A DNA stretch of 64,000 nt from assembly GCA_951406725.2 (NCBI GenBank), contig OX597820.1, forward strand, positions 13,268,001 through 13,332,000, read 5' to 3'. Below, piece by piece: positions 1 through 13,853 of this stretch. The notes beneath the pieces are model-generated. The model saw only the letters and a program-made list of their open reading frames with translations. It was not told the origin of the DNA and made no database searches. The translations under genes were made by a program, and so were the position numbers. Each line of letters opens with the position of its first letter. Position 1 is the first letter of the stretch. The DNA comes from Octopus vulgaris. Its lineage: Eukaryota.

Positions 1-275
1 GATGATAATGATGGTGATGATGATGATAACAACGACGACAACAACGATGATGATGACGACGATGGCAACGATGACAACGACGATGAAGATGATAATGACG
101 ATGACGACGACATCGATCATGACGATAATGATGACGATGATGACAATGATGATGATGATGACGGTGATGATTGTGGCGAGAATGATAATGATGATGATGA
201 TAATGATGATGAGGATGTTGACGACGACGACGACGATGATGATGATGATGATCATCATCATCATCATCATGACGA
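1..275. repeat. Degenerate (GAT/GAC)n trinucleotide microsatellite
   Basis: gatgatgat/gacgacgac runs; they explain the poly-Met/Thr ORF 2..316. Confidence 0.9.
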
Positions 276-904
276 TAGCGACTGCCTTTATGTTGTTCAT
301 TATTTTCCTTCCGTGATTCTCGATGCATCAATGTCTGTTCTTGTTATTCACGATGCTCTTCTTTTTCCCTTGGTGCTTCTGTTGATGTTATACTACTGCT
401 GCTGCTGTTGCTGCTGCTGCTGTTCTTGTTGTTGTCGGTGTTGTTTATTATGATGATGATGTTGTTAACTTACTACGGCTGCTCTTTATTAATAACCTAA
501 ATGTTTGAAAACTGAATACCTTAATCAGTCGCAGTCTTCAAATATCTTATATAATTTCCTTTTCCTTATACTTAATATCCCAGCAGGAACCACCATTATT
601 AAATATAATATCGCCAGCCAAAGATGAAGAGAAAATGGTCGCTAGGAATACAAAATGCTGTTGGTCACTATAGTCGAACTATTTTTGGTGTCTCAGCAGG
701 AGGAGAAAGCTATACTGATAAGATTCGTGGAACCATTCTTGGTCGTTGGGTGCTGACAAATGTACAGTAGAAGGCTTTCGGTGCTCCAAGTGGAAGATCC
801 TGTTTCATTTCCGCTTTTATTTCCCAGTAAGCTAATTTCATTTCTCGTACAATTCTTATATATTCGGTATGTTTAGAACTGATATAAGCATCCCAACAAA
901 GAGT

Positions 905-952
905 TTTATATACACATGTATACATACATACATACATACATACATACATACC

Positions 953-984
<32 letters not shown>

Positions 985-1000
985 TATATACATATATACT

Positions 1001-1073
<73 letters not shown>

Positions 1074-1110
1074 ATATACATATACACTCACATAGATATA
1101 TATCCATATT

Positions 1111-1152
<42 letters not shown>

Positions 1153-1367
1153 CATACATACATACATACATACATAGATGCACATATATATACAGATATA
1201 TACATATACAAACATGTATATATGTACATATATACTCACATATATATATACATATATATATGTATATATATACATATGTATATGTAGAGAGAGACACACG
1301 TATATATATATATATACATATACCCACACACTCACACATATTTATATATGCCTGTGAGTATATAGTG

Positions 1368-1409
<42 letters not shown>

Positions 1410-1410
1410 C
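905..1410. repeat. Compound (ACAT)n/(TA)n/(TG)n microsatellite
   Basis: Direct inspection. Confidence 0.95.
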
Positions 1411-2928
1411 ACACTGCGACTTCTTAATAGATACTTCTTATTAGGAATCTTGAAATAATTTAAACTATATTATAGAGAGCAATTAGAGAGTAGTAATACT
1501 TCTGCGCGTGAGCGTCTGCTTGTGTGTGAGTAAGTGAGAGCGAGTATTTTCATGTGTGTGTGTGTACCTGTCTAAGTATGTGATCGGAGCAGAAGTAGAT
1601 GTATGGCTCAGAGTTCACGCTTCCTAGACATGTGCTTCTGACTTCTTCTCCCGAAGCGAGACCCTATAACAGGTTTCTTCTAGTATAAACTTGGCCAGTT
1701 TGATGATTTACGGGTTGAACTTTGAAAAACGGAAACTGTATTGAAGCCTGTCATATATGTATGTATATGGGTGGTGGTCTATATTTTATTTATCGTGTGA
1801 CAAATTGTTTGCTAACTTACCGATCGCCAAACAGATTTGATCAAATGAAGAGAAATTTGCAACGCTTAAGAAATGTGAAAATGCTTAGACTACAATCATC
1901 CAATCACGTGGGTGGGTAACAGAATGAGGTCGTAAATTAAAGAATAGTTAAAGGCATTTCTGCAGATAGCAGATAGCAGGCACCAAGCATAACATTTGAT
2001 CCTATCAAAGCATGTTCTAAGACAGCTGCCGAAGTTCTTCTAAAAAAACATTTACTGCGTTATATTTTTAGTACATCAAATGAATGACATGGTTCATAAA
2101 TTGCAGCGTTGCTTATCCATTTACTTAATTTAACTTGATTAAATTTATTCGGTTAATTACTGCAGAACTGATAGAACATTAACTTTAATCAATGGGCATC
2201 CTGCTAATTATAATTCAAGGAAAATAACTTAAGGAGACCGGGTTTTTGCGAATGCCTCAGCAAAATTCCAGAGGAGGGGAAGGAAAAGGGAAAGAAATAA
2301 CTGATGTGTAGCGATGGCCATTCTTACAGTTTCAGCAATCATAACCTTTAAATACTTAAACAGAAGCAGACAAGAATAAATCAAATAAAGTGGTCAGCAC
2401 GTTGACAGAAGGGAATATTAGCATAAATAGATAAATAGCCATACTAGACTATTGAAAATAGTTTAAGCAATAATGAGTACCTGGATAAAAATACAAGTTA
2501 AGGCTAGTTGAATACTGGGAGTTACAGAGATGAATTATTTTGTTATAATGAAGTTATAGGTTGAAAGGAAAAACAGAACTGATGTTCCAGATAAAAAGAA
2601 AACGAGAAGAGGCCTTGAATGCTAACGTTTCCATTTACCAATAATGCTCCAATATTATTTAGAATAAAGAAAATCACTACTATAAGTTAAAATTATGTAT
2701 TGTTATAAGAAAATGATTATAAGTTCCATAAACGTTAATAAATGCTAAAGGAATTTATAGGATTATAACGAATTATAGAGAATAAAACTCGTAACTAGAG
2801 AAGATTAAGTAAATATTAATATAGCCTAAGATTACAAGCATGCTGAAGAAAACTGTTAAATTAAATTATCTAAAATATCTATTATATGAAATTACAGTAA
2901 CAGGTATCTGTTGTTAGCACATAATATG

Positions 2929-3827
2929 TACGAGGTCTGATCAATAAGTATTCGGACTGTTGCCGTAGTAACGAATCTAAGACACACAGAGTAAAGCCGC
3001 CTGTCAAAACTTGACCTTGAACTCTGCTGTGCATGTGTACTAAGTTTTAACGTTCTGGCTTGCTTCCGCTGTTTACAGCACTGCTTGGAAGGAAGGTGTG
3101 TAGCGTGTGATCGTCACATTGACCGTGATAGAGAAAGTTGTCGTGGTGATACCAGCTCAGAGTCCAACGTAAAGTTGCATAATGTGTATGGAAAGGAGTG
3201 TATGAACAGCACACAAGAGTACGAGTGGTTCAGACATTTCCAAGTTGGCCAGAAAGATGTCGATAGTGACGAATGTTCTGGGAGACCAGCAACCAGCAGA
3301 ACAGAGAAAAAACATCGCAAATGTGCGAGCAGCTCTGAGGGGAAATCGTCGAATCCTCATCCGTGAATTATCAGAGGATGTGCAGATTAGTTACGGTTCA
3401 GTTCATTCCATTATCGCTGAAGATTTGGGTACGAGAGTCGTGTCTGCCAAGTTTACGCCAAAACTGCTTTCAGCTGACTAAAAATACACTCGGGTTCCAG
3501 TTGCTCAATATCTCCTTGATTGTGTCGAGAACGATGAAAAATTTGTGAAAACTTTGTGTAGGCCTCTGAGAAGGTATCGCCAAGCTCTTGGCAAAATTCG
3601 ATGTAGATCCTTTTCTCAACTGTCTCTTTTAGGCTTAATGCGACGATCACACGCTACACGCCTTTCTCCCAAGCACTGCTGTAAACAGTGGAAGTGAGCT
3701 AGAACATTAAAACTTAGTAGGCATAAACAGCAGAGTTCAAGGTCACTCCGTGCCAAGCAGCTTCCCTCTGCGTGCTTTTGCTTCCTTACTATGGCATCAC
3801 TCCAGATACCTGTATACCAGTTCCTTA
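2929..3827 (+). mobile_element. Non-autonomous mariner derivative with two inverted 5' ends
   Basis: Starts TA-CGAGGTCTGATCAATAAG. Decayed transposase N-terminus on + (VYGKECM..YEWFRHF..SGRPATSRT; RRILIRELSEDVQISYGSVHSII..VSAKFTPKLLS). 3617-3827 is an inverted copy of 2929-3140, and 3540-3616 on - reads EKRIYIEFCQELGDTFSEAY (transposase start). Confidence 0.85.
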
Positions 3828-3891
3828 TCCAGAATTGCATTCATCACGTTTAACATTTTTATATTTAAACAGTTGTTGTTGTTGTTGTTAC

Positions 3892-4188
3892 TTCCTTCGA
3901 GCCACGCCTGGCTCATTAGGGCCGGTTTCCCGGTTTCCTTGGCGTATAGCTTCCCCACCTGGACTGAACGCCGGTCCGTCGCAGGTGAGCTGCAAGATGC
4001 AGGAGGAAAGAGTGAGAGAAAGTTGTGGCAAAAGAGTCAGCAGCAGTTCACCATTACCTTCTGCTGAAGCATCATGGAGCTTAAGTGTTTTTTGCTCATA
4101 AACACACACATCGCCCGGTCTGAGATTCGAACCCGCGATCCCTCGACCGCGAGCCCGCTGTTCTAACCACTAGGCCATGTGCCTCCAC
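3892..4188 (-). mobile_element. tRNA-derived SINE, family R head, tail type C
   Basis: Minus strand GTGGAGGCACATGGCCTAGTGG (A box), GGTTCGAATC (B box); homologous to 35129-35387 and 53199-53443. Confidence 0.85.
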
Positions 4189-4878
4189 ATATTCAAATAA
4201 ACAGTACTGAAAAGAAATTATGAATTAAAATTACTTTTAGATATCTCTGTAATTCTCTTACCATTATCATTCGCTCTGTATTGCCAATATTGTAAATACT
4301 GAAATCCAATATTCCACATTTTCTATATTGGTACTTTAAATTGTCTATTAGAAGGAAATTTGCCATTTGAAGAAAGAATCAAAGTATATATCTCTATTAT
4401 TATTGCTGACTAGCTTATTGCTCATTATTCGTGCTATGCTGTTGGTATTGACGTTGTTTTCATTTAGCTCCAGACCAGATATTGCAGTGACACGTATCCT
4501 GATATTTTTAGGGAAATATTATCTAATAATATCTTCATTTTAAGAGAGTGTGGTACAATTTCAGAAATATTTGATTATTATTTCTCACAGATGCAGTTAT
4601 CACATACCAGTACCCTTCTTTTACAACAGGTGCTGTGAACATTTGATCAATTGATATTAATAAATATTATATCTAATATTTGTAGATTTTGCACTAGCCA
4701 CATACATATACCGTATCACAGAGATACATGTTTTAGTTAAATGTTTTCTTTCAAAAATTTATACTGTCCCTATATATGTGCGTGCGTATTTGTCTCTCTG
4801 TTTGTCTGTCTCTGCGCAAATATACATACATACATACATATATATTTATTATTTTATTTATTTCTATCTTATGTTAGC

Positions 4879-5965
4879 TAGTTTCAGCTCACGAGCTGTG
4901 GCCATGCTGGGGCACCGCCATTTGGTGTTGCTACATGATTTTACTTCACGAATGCGTTTTAGCAATTGCCATTTGGTGCATGAGAGAGTTCGATGCAGCT
5001 GCCCTCATCTGCACCTCCTGCCGTGAAGTTGGTTCATCTGGGACACCTGACAGGAAGAGATCCAGTTTTATTTTAAAGACATCTGCATTCACCCCATGCA
5101 GGTCTCTCAGGTTCTTCGGGAGGATATTGAAGAGCTCTGGGCCTCTGAAGCCCAGGCTATCACAGTATCTTGTCCTACACCTTGATGGCAAATTTGGTGT
5201 CCTTGGCACTATGCAGTGGCGCCCAGTTCTAGCATTTGTGTAACTCTCGATGCCATAATTTGGGACAATTCCTTCATGGATCTTCCAGATGTATATTATG
5301 GCATATCTTTCTCGCCTACGCTCTAAGGAATAGAGTCTTAATCTCTTGAGTCTTTCTTCAGTAGCTAATATGCTGCACAGAGGCTATCTTCTTCGTGTAG
5401 CTTCGTTGGATCGCCTCAAGTTCTGTGATTAACTTGACACTGGATGGTGACCATATCTGAGAGCAATAGTCAAAGTGGCTTAGGACAAGTGTCCTCCAGC
5501 AGACCATCATGGTTTCCTGGTCTATTGTTCTAAAGATTCTAAGAATCCATCCAGTCAGCCGCCTACATTTCATTGCCAATTAAGCAACATGCACATGAAA
5601 GGTTGCATCATCACTCATGTAAATACCCAGGTCTCGCATTGATTGTGTCTCTGGGATTGCGATCCCTCCGGGTCCAGTGTATTTATTGGGTATTGCATTT
5701 AGTTTTGCATGCTGATAGCAAAAAGCTTGAAACTTTTCAGCATTGAACTGCATGCTATGCTTTTCAGCCCACTTGTATATTTTGTCCAGTTCACATTGCA
5801 GGTGCTTAGTGTCTTCAGGGTTCTGTATTGCCTGTGAAACTTTTGTATCATCTGCATAACTTGTGATCGTGGCTCTGCGTGGCTGAGGGCATGTCTGAGA
5901 GGGCGATTATGAACAGTAGTGGTCCCAAAACAGTGCCTTGCGGAACACCGCCCACTATTTGTGTG
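4879..5965 (-). mobile_element. 5'-truncated CR1-type LINE (RT C-terminus + 3'UTR), copy 1
   Basis: [59 protein letters not shown] in broken frames; closely similar to 39821-41205. Confidence 0.92.
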
Positions 5966-5977
5966 TTATTTAATATA

Positions 5978-6028
<51 letters not shown>

Positions 6029-6067
6029 GCATACATATATACATACATGCATATATATGTGTATGCA

Positions 6068-6122
<55 letters not shown>

Positions 6123-6511
6123 AAAAAAAGTCGTCAGAATTTTGGGAAATATTTTTTTTATTATTATATCTTCATTTTCATTGTTTGTGTTTTGTTTTGT
6201 TTTTCTTTTTCAAAGTCTAACCCCCCCCAAAAAAAAACAACGTTCTCTTATAAAGAAAATCCGCCTGCTAAAAAAATCTGTTTTATATAAATAAGCAAGA
6301 TATCTGTATATTCACAGAATTGTAGTTGACAAGTTCGAAAGACGAACGAAAGCGTTAATATGAAAATGAAGATATAACAATAAAAAAAGTTCTTTCACAA
6401 ACCCTGAGGGCTTTTTTTCAATATTCAATTCTGTGCACCACACCTAACACTCTACACACACATACACATATATATAATATAGGACAATCAGTATCTTTAT
6501 ATATATATATT

Positions 6512-6587
<76 letters not shown>

Positions 6588-7202
6588 CATACGTATGTTT
6601 GTATGCATACATACAGGGAGGGAGAGGAACAAACAGAAAAACAGAGCGAAAGAAACCTACATACCATACATACATGCATACAAGTGTATCTATATAGACA
6701 CATACGTATGTATATATATATGTATATGTATGTATGTATGTATGTATATATACATTCATGTGTATACAGACATACACACATACATACACACACACACTCA
6801 CGCACACATATATGTATGTATATATATATATATATATATTTGATTTTAGCAATAATACCCAAATATTGCAGTCCACTTCGCAGCTCTCTCTGTATTAAAA
6901 ACCGACCTAAATGTCTGGGGAATCTCATACATCGGTATTTCTTCTGTGATTACAAAGAACTATTCGCAGCAACAACAACAATTACACGGAGCTACAACCA
7001 CAACACACCAACCAAACAGAGCGACGTCGTTAAACATAAAATACACAGAAACAGATTTCCCGTTTGTATTTAATGTTTTTCATTTCAGTTCATCTGAAAA
7101 GGAAACCACAATTCTCTACGTTCTTAACAGACGAGACAGTCGCTGTTGTTGAATTTTCACACTTTTGCTATCGTCGTGGTCTTCGTCGTTGTTGTTGTTG
7201 TT

Positions 7203-7251
<49 letters not shown>

Positions 7252-7337
7252 GATGATGATGATCATCATCATCATCATCATCATCATCATTATTATCATC
7301 ATCATCATCATCATCATCATCATTATCATCATCATCA

Positions 7338-7372
<35 letters not shown>

Positions 7373-7405
7373 ATTATTATTATAATCATCATCATCATCA
7401 TCATA

Positions 7406-7454
<49 letters not shown>

Positions 7455-7470
7455 CATCATCATCATCATA

Positions 7471-7507
<37 letters not shown>

Positions 7508-7523
7508 CATCATCATCATCATA

Positions 7524-7584
<61 letters not shown>

Positions 7585-7600
7585 CATCATCATCATCATA

Positions 7601-7652
<52 letters not shown>

Positions 7653-7677
7653 CATCATCATTATTATTATTATATTA

Positions 7678-7735
<58 letters not shown>

Positions 7736-7745
7736 CATCATTATT
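7203..7745. repeat. (ATT)n/(CAT)n compound trinucleotide microsatellite
   Basis: Direct inspection. Confidence 0.95.
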
Positions 7746-8556
7746 CCAATCGTTGTTGTTTAAGTTTTGCTGTAAGCGTTCTAGTCCGAGTTTGATTCTG
7801 GCGCTACTGATCTATGATTGTAGGCATTTTACCGCGTTAATCGAATCGTATTTCTATGGACATTGTACCTTGAACTGCTTTATCTTATGTACTATCCCGG
7901 TTTGGTTTTGAAACATAGCAAAGAGAAGCTCGGTGAAAATTTGGCTGCTATTTCTAACAGAATGAGAAACTGCCCAAAGGCTCTTTGGTTCTGAGTTAAG
8001 CACAAGCGCAAAACAACAACTCTTTGTTTCATAATGCATCACAGTTATTTGATGATTGATATTACATAATATTGATTTCATAGAGAGGAACAAGGCTAGA
8101 TATTTATGGATGAAAAAAGATATGAATTTACTATCAACAATACTTCACAAGTGCAAATATGAAAGCCATGGAGGATCTTCACTAAATACCGAAAGATATT
8201 TTGGCAAACATAGAGATCAAAGTGCGTATTTCATTTCTTATGATATAATGCAATTAGCTTTATAATCATTACTTATAATGGTAACGTAATAATGCTTGTA
8301 TATATATATATATACATACATATATATGCGTGTACATACGTTTTTTTTTTATGGTAGAGTATTCAGCTGGTATCTAGGGGGTACCGGTTCGATTCACGTA
8401 CCCACCCATTGGCAACTTTTTTTCTTCAAATAAGCGTAGAATATTCATTTTTTCGCTGCTGTTTTCACAGCTCCACTGCATTCGAATTCTACTTTCTTGT
8501 TTGTAAAATACCAAACACATTCGACGGTTCCAAATTTGTCATATACGTATTATATA

Positions 8557-9038
<482 letters not shown>

Positions 9039-9149
9039 ATATATATATATATCTCCATGTGTATTCATATCTGTATAAATATATATTTATGCGTATATAT
9101 ACATATGTGCGTGCCTTTATGTTACTATTAGTATGCAAAACGAGTCCTT

Positions 9150-10250
9150 TCTAGATCATCGTTGTAACCTTTTCATCCAATTTCCCTACAGTCCAAAGGA
9201 ACGTCATATAAAACTGGATGATTCTTGACAATCCACTCTGCTCTCGCAAGAAGTGCTGATCTTTTCCCTACTGAGCCCCTGTTTGCGGTATTTGTACTGA
9301 TTTTTAAGGCTACAATACAACGTCCAATTATTCCTTCAATGCTCACGATTCACTTTCGCCTCATTTTCTCCCGATACAGGAAGTCCTCCAGTTAATATCA
9401 GAAACAAATAGGTTTTAGTATCAATGATATTGCAATGTTGCGAAAAACATTCCGGCAGCCATACGTTTTGAGTGTAGTATAATATTTTTCCATCACACGA
9501 ACCGCGTTCGCTGTAACTTTGTAGGATATTTTTTCGTCAATATCCAGGTATTTACAATGCTCCTTGTTTGAAACAAGGAACAGAGCGATAGAGAATTGTT
9601 ATTAAATGTTTTTCGTTTGGAAAATGATTTTCCTACAAACAACGATTACGTATAAACATTTCCTTCGGCCAAACTCCATCCCAAAAACCACTGGAAATGC
9701 AGTTATTAAATCCAGCTGTTTCTTATTATGGATATATCCAGAGTAGATTCTTAAGTATGAACAAAGAAATTATTAGTTACCTTCCTGGTTCTTGTTGTAG
9801 ATTCAATAATGTAACCATTGGATTTACTGCCAAAACAAAGTGTTTTCTTAGAAAAGAAAAACAGAGTGTTTTCTTAGAATATTCCTTTTGAAAGATTTAT
9901 GAAATCAGAAACAATGGGAAGAGTATTTATTTATCTATGTATTTATTTATTTGTAAACCTTTCAATGTCAGCTATTATGACAGCAGATACTTTCAGCAAG
10001 AGCACTAATCTCGGCAAATATTTATAGGGAATAAAATGGATGTCTTTTCCGTAATCATGCCGTACAATCTAAAGAACTTCTCTGATTTTGTCTTACATCA
10101 GACGACGAAACTTTATTAATTATACAGTAACCTGCACAATTCCTTGAAATACCTTTATTTCTAATACCTGCTTGTCAGCCAATACTTCTAATGAAGTCGT
10201 AATGTTCTGTGCAGAATTGAATAAAACAGCTTTTATAAATCTTATTCATA
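9150..10250 (-). mobile_element. Highly decayed non-LTR RT fragment, R4/Dong-like
   Basis: Ordered remnants on -: IINKV..VRQNQRS, HDYGK..IPYKYL, KGIF*ENTL, FVLAVNP, KKQLDLITAF..FGMEFG..KC, CKYLDIDEKISY. Confidence 0.55.
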
Positions 10251-10255
10251 TTAGG

Positions 10256-10575
10256 CACAGGTATGACTGTGAGGTTAAGAGGCTCGATTTACAACCGCGT
10301 GAGTTCGAATTCCGTTGCATGCGCAGCTCAAGGGCAAGTATCTCAATTGCCCCGGTTTACCAATGGCTTGTGAGTGAATCTGGTAAATGGAAACTATGTG
10401 GAATCTTGTTATGTGTGTGTGTCTTTATGGTTTGTTTATCACCCGTAACATAGCGGTTTGGTAATAGTGACTGATAAAATAAGTAGCAGGCTATATAGAA
10501 ATAAGTACTGATGTGGAATTCTTTGACTGAAACCTTCAGGTGTGTACTCCAGCTTGGTCGTTGTTCAATGACTCT
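10256..10575 (+). mobile_element. Degenerate family A SINE, followed by (GATA)n at 10576-10685
   Basis: Diverged head, GGAAACT core and CTCCAGCTTGGTCG..AATGACT tail. Confidence 0.65.
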
Positions 10576-10594
10576 AGGTAGGTATGTAGGTAGG

Positions 10595-10682
<88 letters not shown>

Positions 10683-11584
10683 GATCGAAAGAATGTGGAG
10701 AGATAGCAAATGAAATATACGTGCACAGGTACAAACTTCTTTGAACGGGGAGCATGAACTCTGCTCTTCTTTAAAATTTTCATCGTCTACACACTCTCAG
10801 ACAAAAGAAGCAACCCTGTAGACATATCCATAATAAAGATATGCACACGAACATATGCATATTACACAATTTCTTAGTTTGACAGAGTTGTAATCCCGCC
10901 ATTAAAGTTGAGACAACCAGTAACAAAACGACGCCATTAATCTCGTAAGTCTTGTGATTTTATGCGATTCAACCGGCAGAATTTAGTCTGCTCTCCGTCT
11001 CTGTTGCTTCATTTATTTTTATCGCTGAGTTTAGAAGTTGGCTGTACCTGGAGATGTTAATGTTATTATTCTAATAGTTCTTGTTCCGGATCATTTAAAT
11101 GGAATTTCAGTCAAATAATACTAAAAGGGATTATGCGGATTAATGTCAAAATATGATTCAAACTTTTAATCGCTTTCTATTAGGGGTTTCTGTTAAATAT
11201 AATATTGAGTGTAGATGATACACGCAGTTTTTGACATAATGTCAGTCACTATAATACATATACAATACATAACAAACTGTTCTTCAATCACGTTTGAATT
11301 TCACTTTGAGCTGGGGTATTTTTTTTTATAGGTAATCATTCACGAGTTCTCAATTTCAAATATACAGACACAAAGTATTTCGGCATATAAACAGATATGA
11401 ACAAGTGTGAAGGAGAAGGAGGAAGTTGAGTATTCGTGAGTATAGGGTGACTGTGGCAATTTACTGCAAGTCGAATTTTCACAAGTCTTTCACAAGTTGT
11501 TCGTCGTACAACTCAGCCAATTATTAAAATATAAAATAAATTTAAAGTGCAAACTTTAAAATGTTTTTAATAGTATATATATAT

Positions 11585-11775
11585 AAAAAATGGGACAGTT
11601 AAGTGATAAAAAAATGGGACAACAAAACATCCAGATAGACGATACAAAGAAAACAAGGACGGGTCATTCGGAGTTTTCTTTCCTCAGTCGAGTACCAGAT
11701 TATCTTCGCAATTTCGGTTGATTATACTCGAAATTGCTTCAGTCTGGCCAGCCCCAAGGAAAAACTAAGCTAAGA
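11585..11775 (-). mobile_element. Short structured element flanked by (TA)n, possible PLE terminal fragment
   Basis: Nested stems CCAGA/TCTGG and GCAATTTCG/CGAAATTGC; TA runs on both sides. Confidence 0.4.
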
Positions 11776-12110
11776 TATATATATATATGTGGGGTGGGGT
11801 GTTGTAATTTACTTATGGAATTTATTTATCGATACGGTTGCACATTGGAAAAATGTGTTTGAAAGTTGGAGTTTCTTTGGTTTGTTCCCAAACAACACTT
11901 ATTTAAGTGCTGTTGACACCAGTGAATTGAAAGGTGTTGCCCAGGTATCAAAACAATAATGATATCCGTGGGACAGCTGATGACGGTGGTATGTTGGATT
12001 ATTGGTATGGCTGTGGAATAGTATTATGACATTTCTTTTTGATATATATGTACATATATATATATGAGTGTATTTGTGTATATGTGTATGTATGTATGTA
12101 TGCATGCATG

Positions 12111-12197
<87 letters not shown>

Positions 12198-12217
12198 ATG
12201 TATGTATATGTGTATGT

Positions 12218-12525
12218 CGTACGCGGACAGGATGCTGAATGCACTTTTCCCGACGGACAAGAAGCCGGACGGACATAAAGCCGAACAGACAACGCTGAAC
12301 GGGTACAACAAAAAGAAAAAGAAACATTCCTACCTAAATAGTTTAATGACCAATTTACCAATTTGGTACTTAAGATTTAACGAGATTAAATTTTGATTTT
12401 CATATTTCTTTTCTATATCTTGTCCATTCGACTTTATGGTCCTTTCGGCATTGTGTCCGTACAGCTTCTTTGGCTTCGGCTTCTTGTTCTTAGACAAAGT
12501 GCATTCGGCACCCCGCCCGTGTACC
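12218..12525. mobile_element. Foldback-like MITE with long imperfect TIRs built from ~15-bp subrepeats
   Basis: GTACGCGGACAGGATGCTGAATGCACTTT is an inverted match to AAAGTGCATTCGGCACCCCGCCCGTGTAC; repeated GGACANNAAGCCGAA-like units in both arms. Confidence 0.65.
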
Positions 12526-12679
12526 TTGGATTTATGTACGTATATATGCACTTACATATACATACATACATACACACATACATGTGTGTGTGTGTGTATG
12601 GGTACATATTAATTGCTGTTAGGGACACCGTAGTTCATTTTGCCACCATAATGCCATAATATACTACCATTATGACACA

Positions 12680-12692
12680 CGTCGTATATATG

Positions 12693-12756
<64 letters not shown>

Positions 12757-12965
12757 TGTTTGTCCCCCTAGCATTGCTTGACAACCGATGCTGGTGTGTT
12801 TACATCCCTGTAACTTAGCGGTTCGGCAAAAGAGACCGATAGAATAAGTACTGGGCTTACAAAGAATAAGTCCTGGGGTCGATTTGCTCGATTAAAGGCG
12901 GTGCTCCAGCATGGCAGCAGTCAAATGACTGAAACAAGTAAAAGAGAAAAAAGAGAAAGAGAATA
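12680..12965 (+). mobile_element. Family A SINE, 3' half
   Basis: Microsatellite plus complete tail. Confidence 0.85.
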
Positions 12966-13044
12966 TATATATATATATTGATAGAAATGTTAAGACAACA
13001 ACAGAATAAAAGAGACTTCTATATTATGTAAATAGAGGAATTTA

Positions 13045-13300
13045 TCTGTAAATATAATATGTGACAATTATTCGGTAGCCATGATAAAACTCCGAGTTTC
13101 GGATTTCGGGACGGAAACATACGCCGCCATCTCTTCAGTTATCCGGCCATCGAAAAAATGCTATGAAAATCTCATAGCATTTCATAGAATTTTTTCGAAG
13201 GCCACATAACTGAAGAGAGGGCTGTGTGTGTTTCCGCCCCGACATCCGAAACTCGGAGTTTTATTATGGCTACCGATTAATTGCCGCATATATTCACAGA
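13045..13300. mobile_element. Fold-back PLE-like terminal fragment, ~115-bp imperfect inverted arms
   Basis: 13045-13159 is an inverted match to 13189-13300; each arm has CTGAAGA...GAAACTCGGAGTT; related fragment at 20780-20840. Confidence 0.7.
13206..13264 (+). ncRNA. Type I hammerhead ribozyme motif (extended stem II)
   Basis: ATAA-CTGAAGA-[stem II]-GAAA-CTC-G-GAG-TT-TTAT; 4-bp stem I ATAA/TTAT; near-palindromic stem III. Confidence 0.55.
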
Positions 13301-13308
13301 TATATATA

Positions 13309-13357
<49 letters not shown>

Positions 13358-13359
<2 letters not shown>

Positions 13360-13667
13360 AGGCGCAATGGCCAAGTGGTTAGGGCAGCGGACTCGCGATT
13401 GTAGGATCGCGGTTTCGATTCCTAGACCAGGCGTTGTGAGTGTTTATTGAGCGAAAACACCTAAAGCTCCACGAGACTCCGGCAGGAGGTGGTGGCGGTC
13501 CCTGCTGTACTCTTTCGCCACAACTTTCTTTCACTCTTTCTTCTGTTGGCCTGCTCACTTAGCCAGCGGGGTGGCGTCATTTGAAGGCTATAACAATGCG
13601 AAGCGCATTGTGACCAGCGATGTGTAGCAACATCTGATAGCCTGGTCGGTCACGGTGATCACGGTGA
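13358..13667 (+). mobile_element. tRNA-derived SINE, family R head, tail type A
   Basis: GGAGGCGCAATGGCCAAGTGG..GGTTTCGATTCC head; tail ends (TCACGGTGA)2; homologues at 25099 and 38916. Confidence 0.88.
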
Positions 13668-13668
13668 T

Positions 13669-13705
<37 letters not shown>

Positions 13706-13802
13706 TATTTATTTTTAGTAATTTTTTAGTAGTTTTGACCGCATTGGTCCCTCTTAGCGTGTTGGTATCTACGTATAGTAGTACCCTCAATATAATATAA
13801 AA

Positions 13803-13850
<48 letters not shown>

Positions 13851-13853
<3 letters not shown>

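Noticed and set aside
2-316. Met/Thr-rich ORF
   Set aside because: Trinucleotide microsatellite
710-905. Complex-looking peptide [14 protein letters not shown] on -
   Set aside because: No recognisable domain, start lies in a microsatellite, and no clear splice sites
8350-8410. tRNA-like GGTAGAGTA..GGTTCGATTC
   Set aside because: Too degenerate for a cloverleaf; at most an old SINE head
11690-11750. SECIS element in a PLE-like end
   Set aside because: The UGAN/NGAN quartet register does not fit the helix and there is no linked UGA-containing ORF
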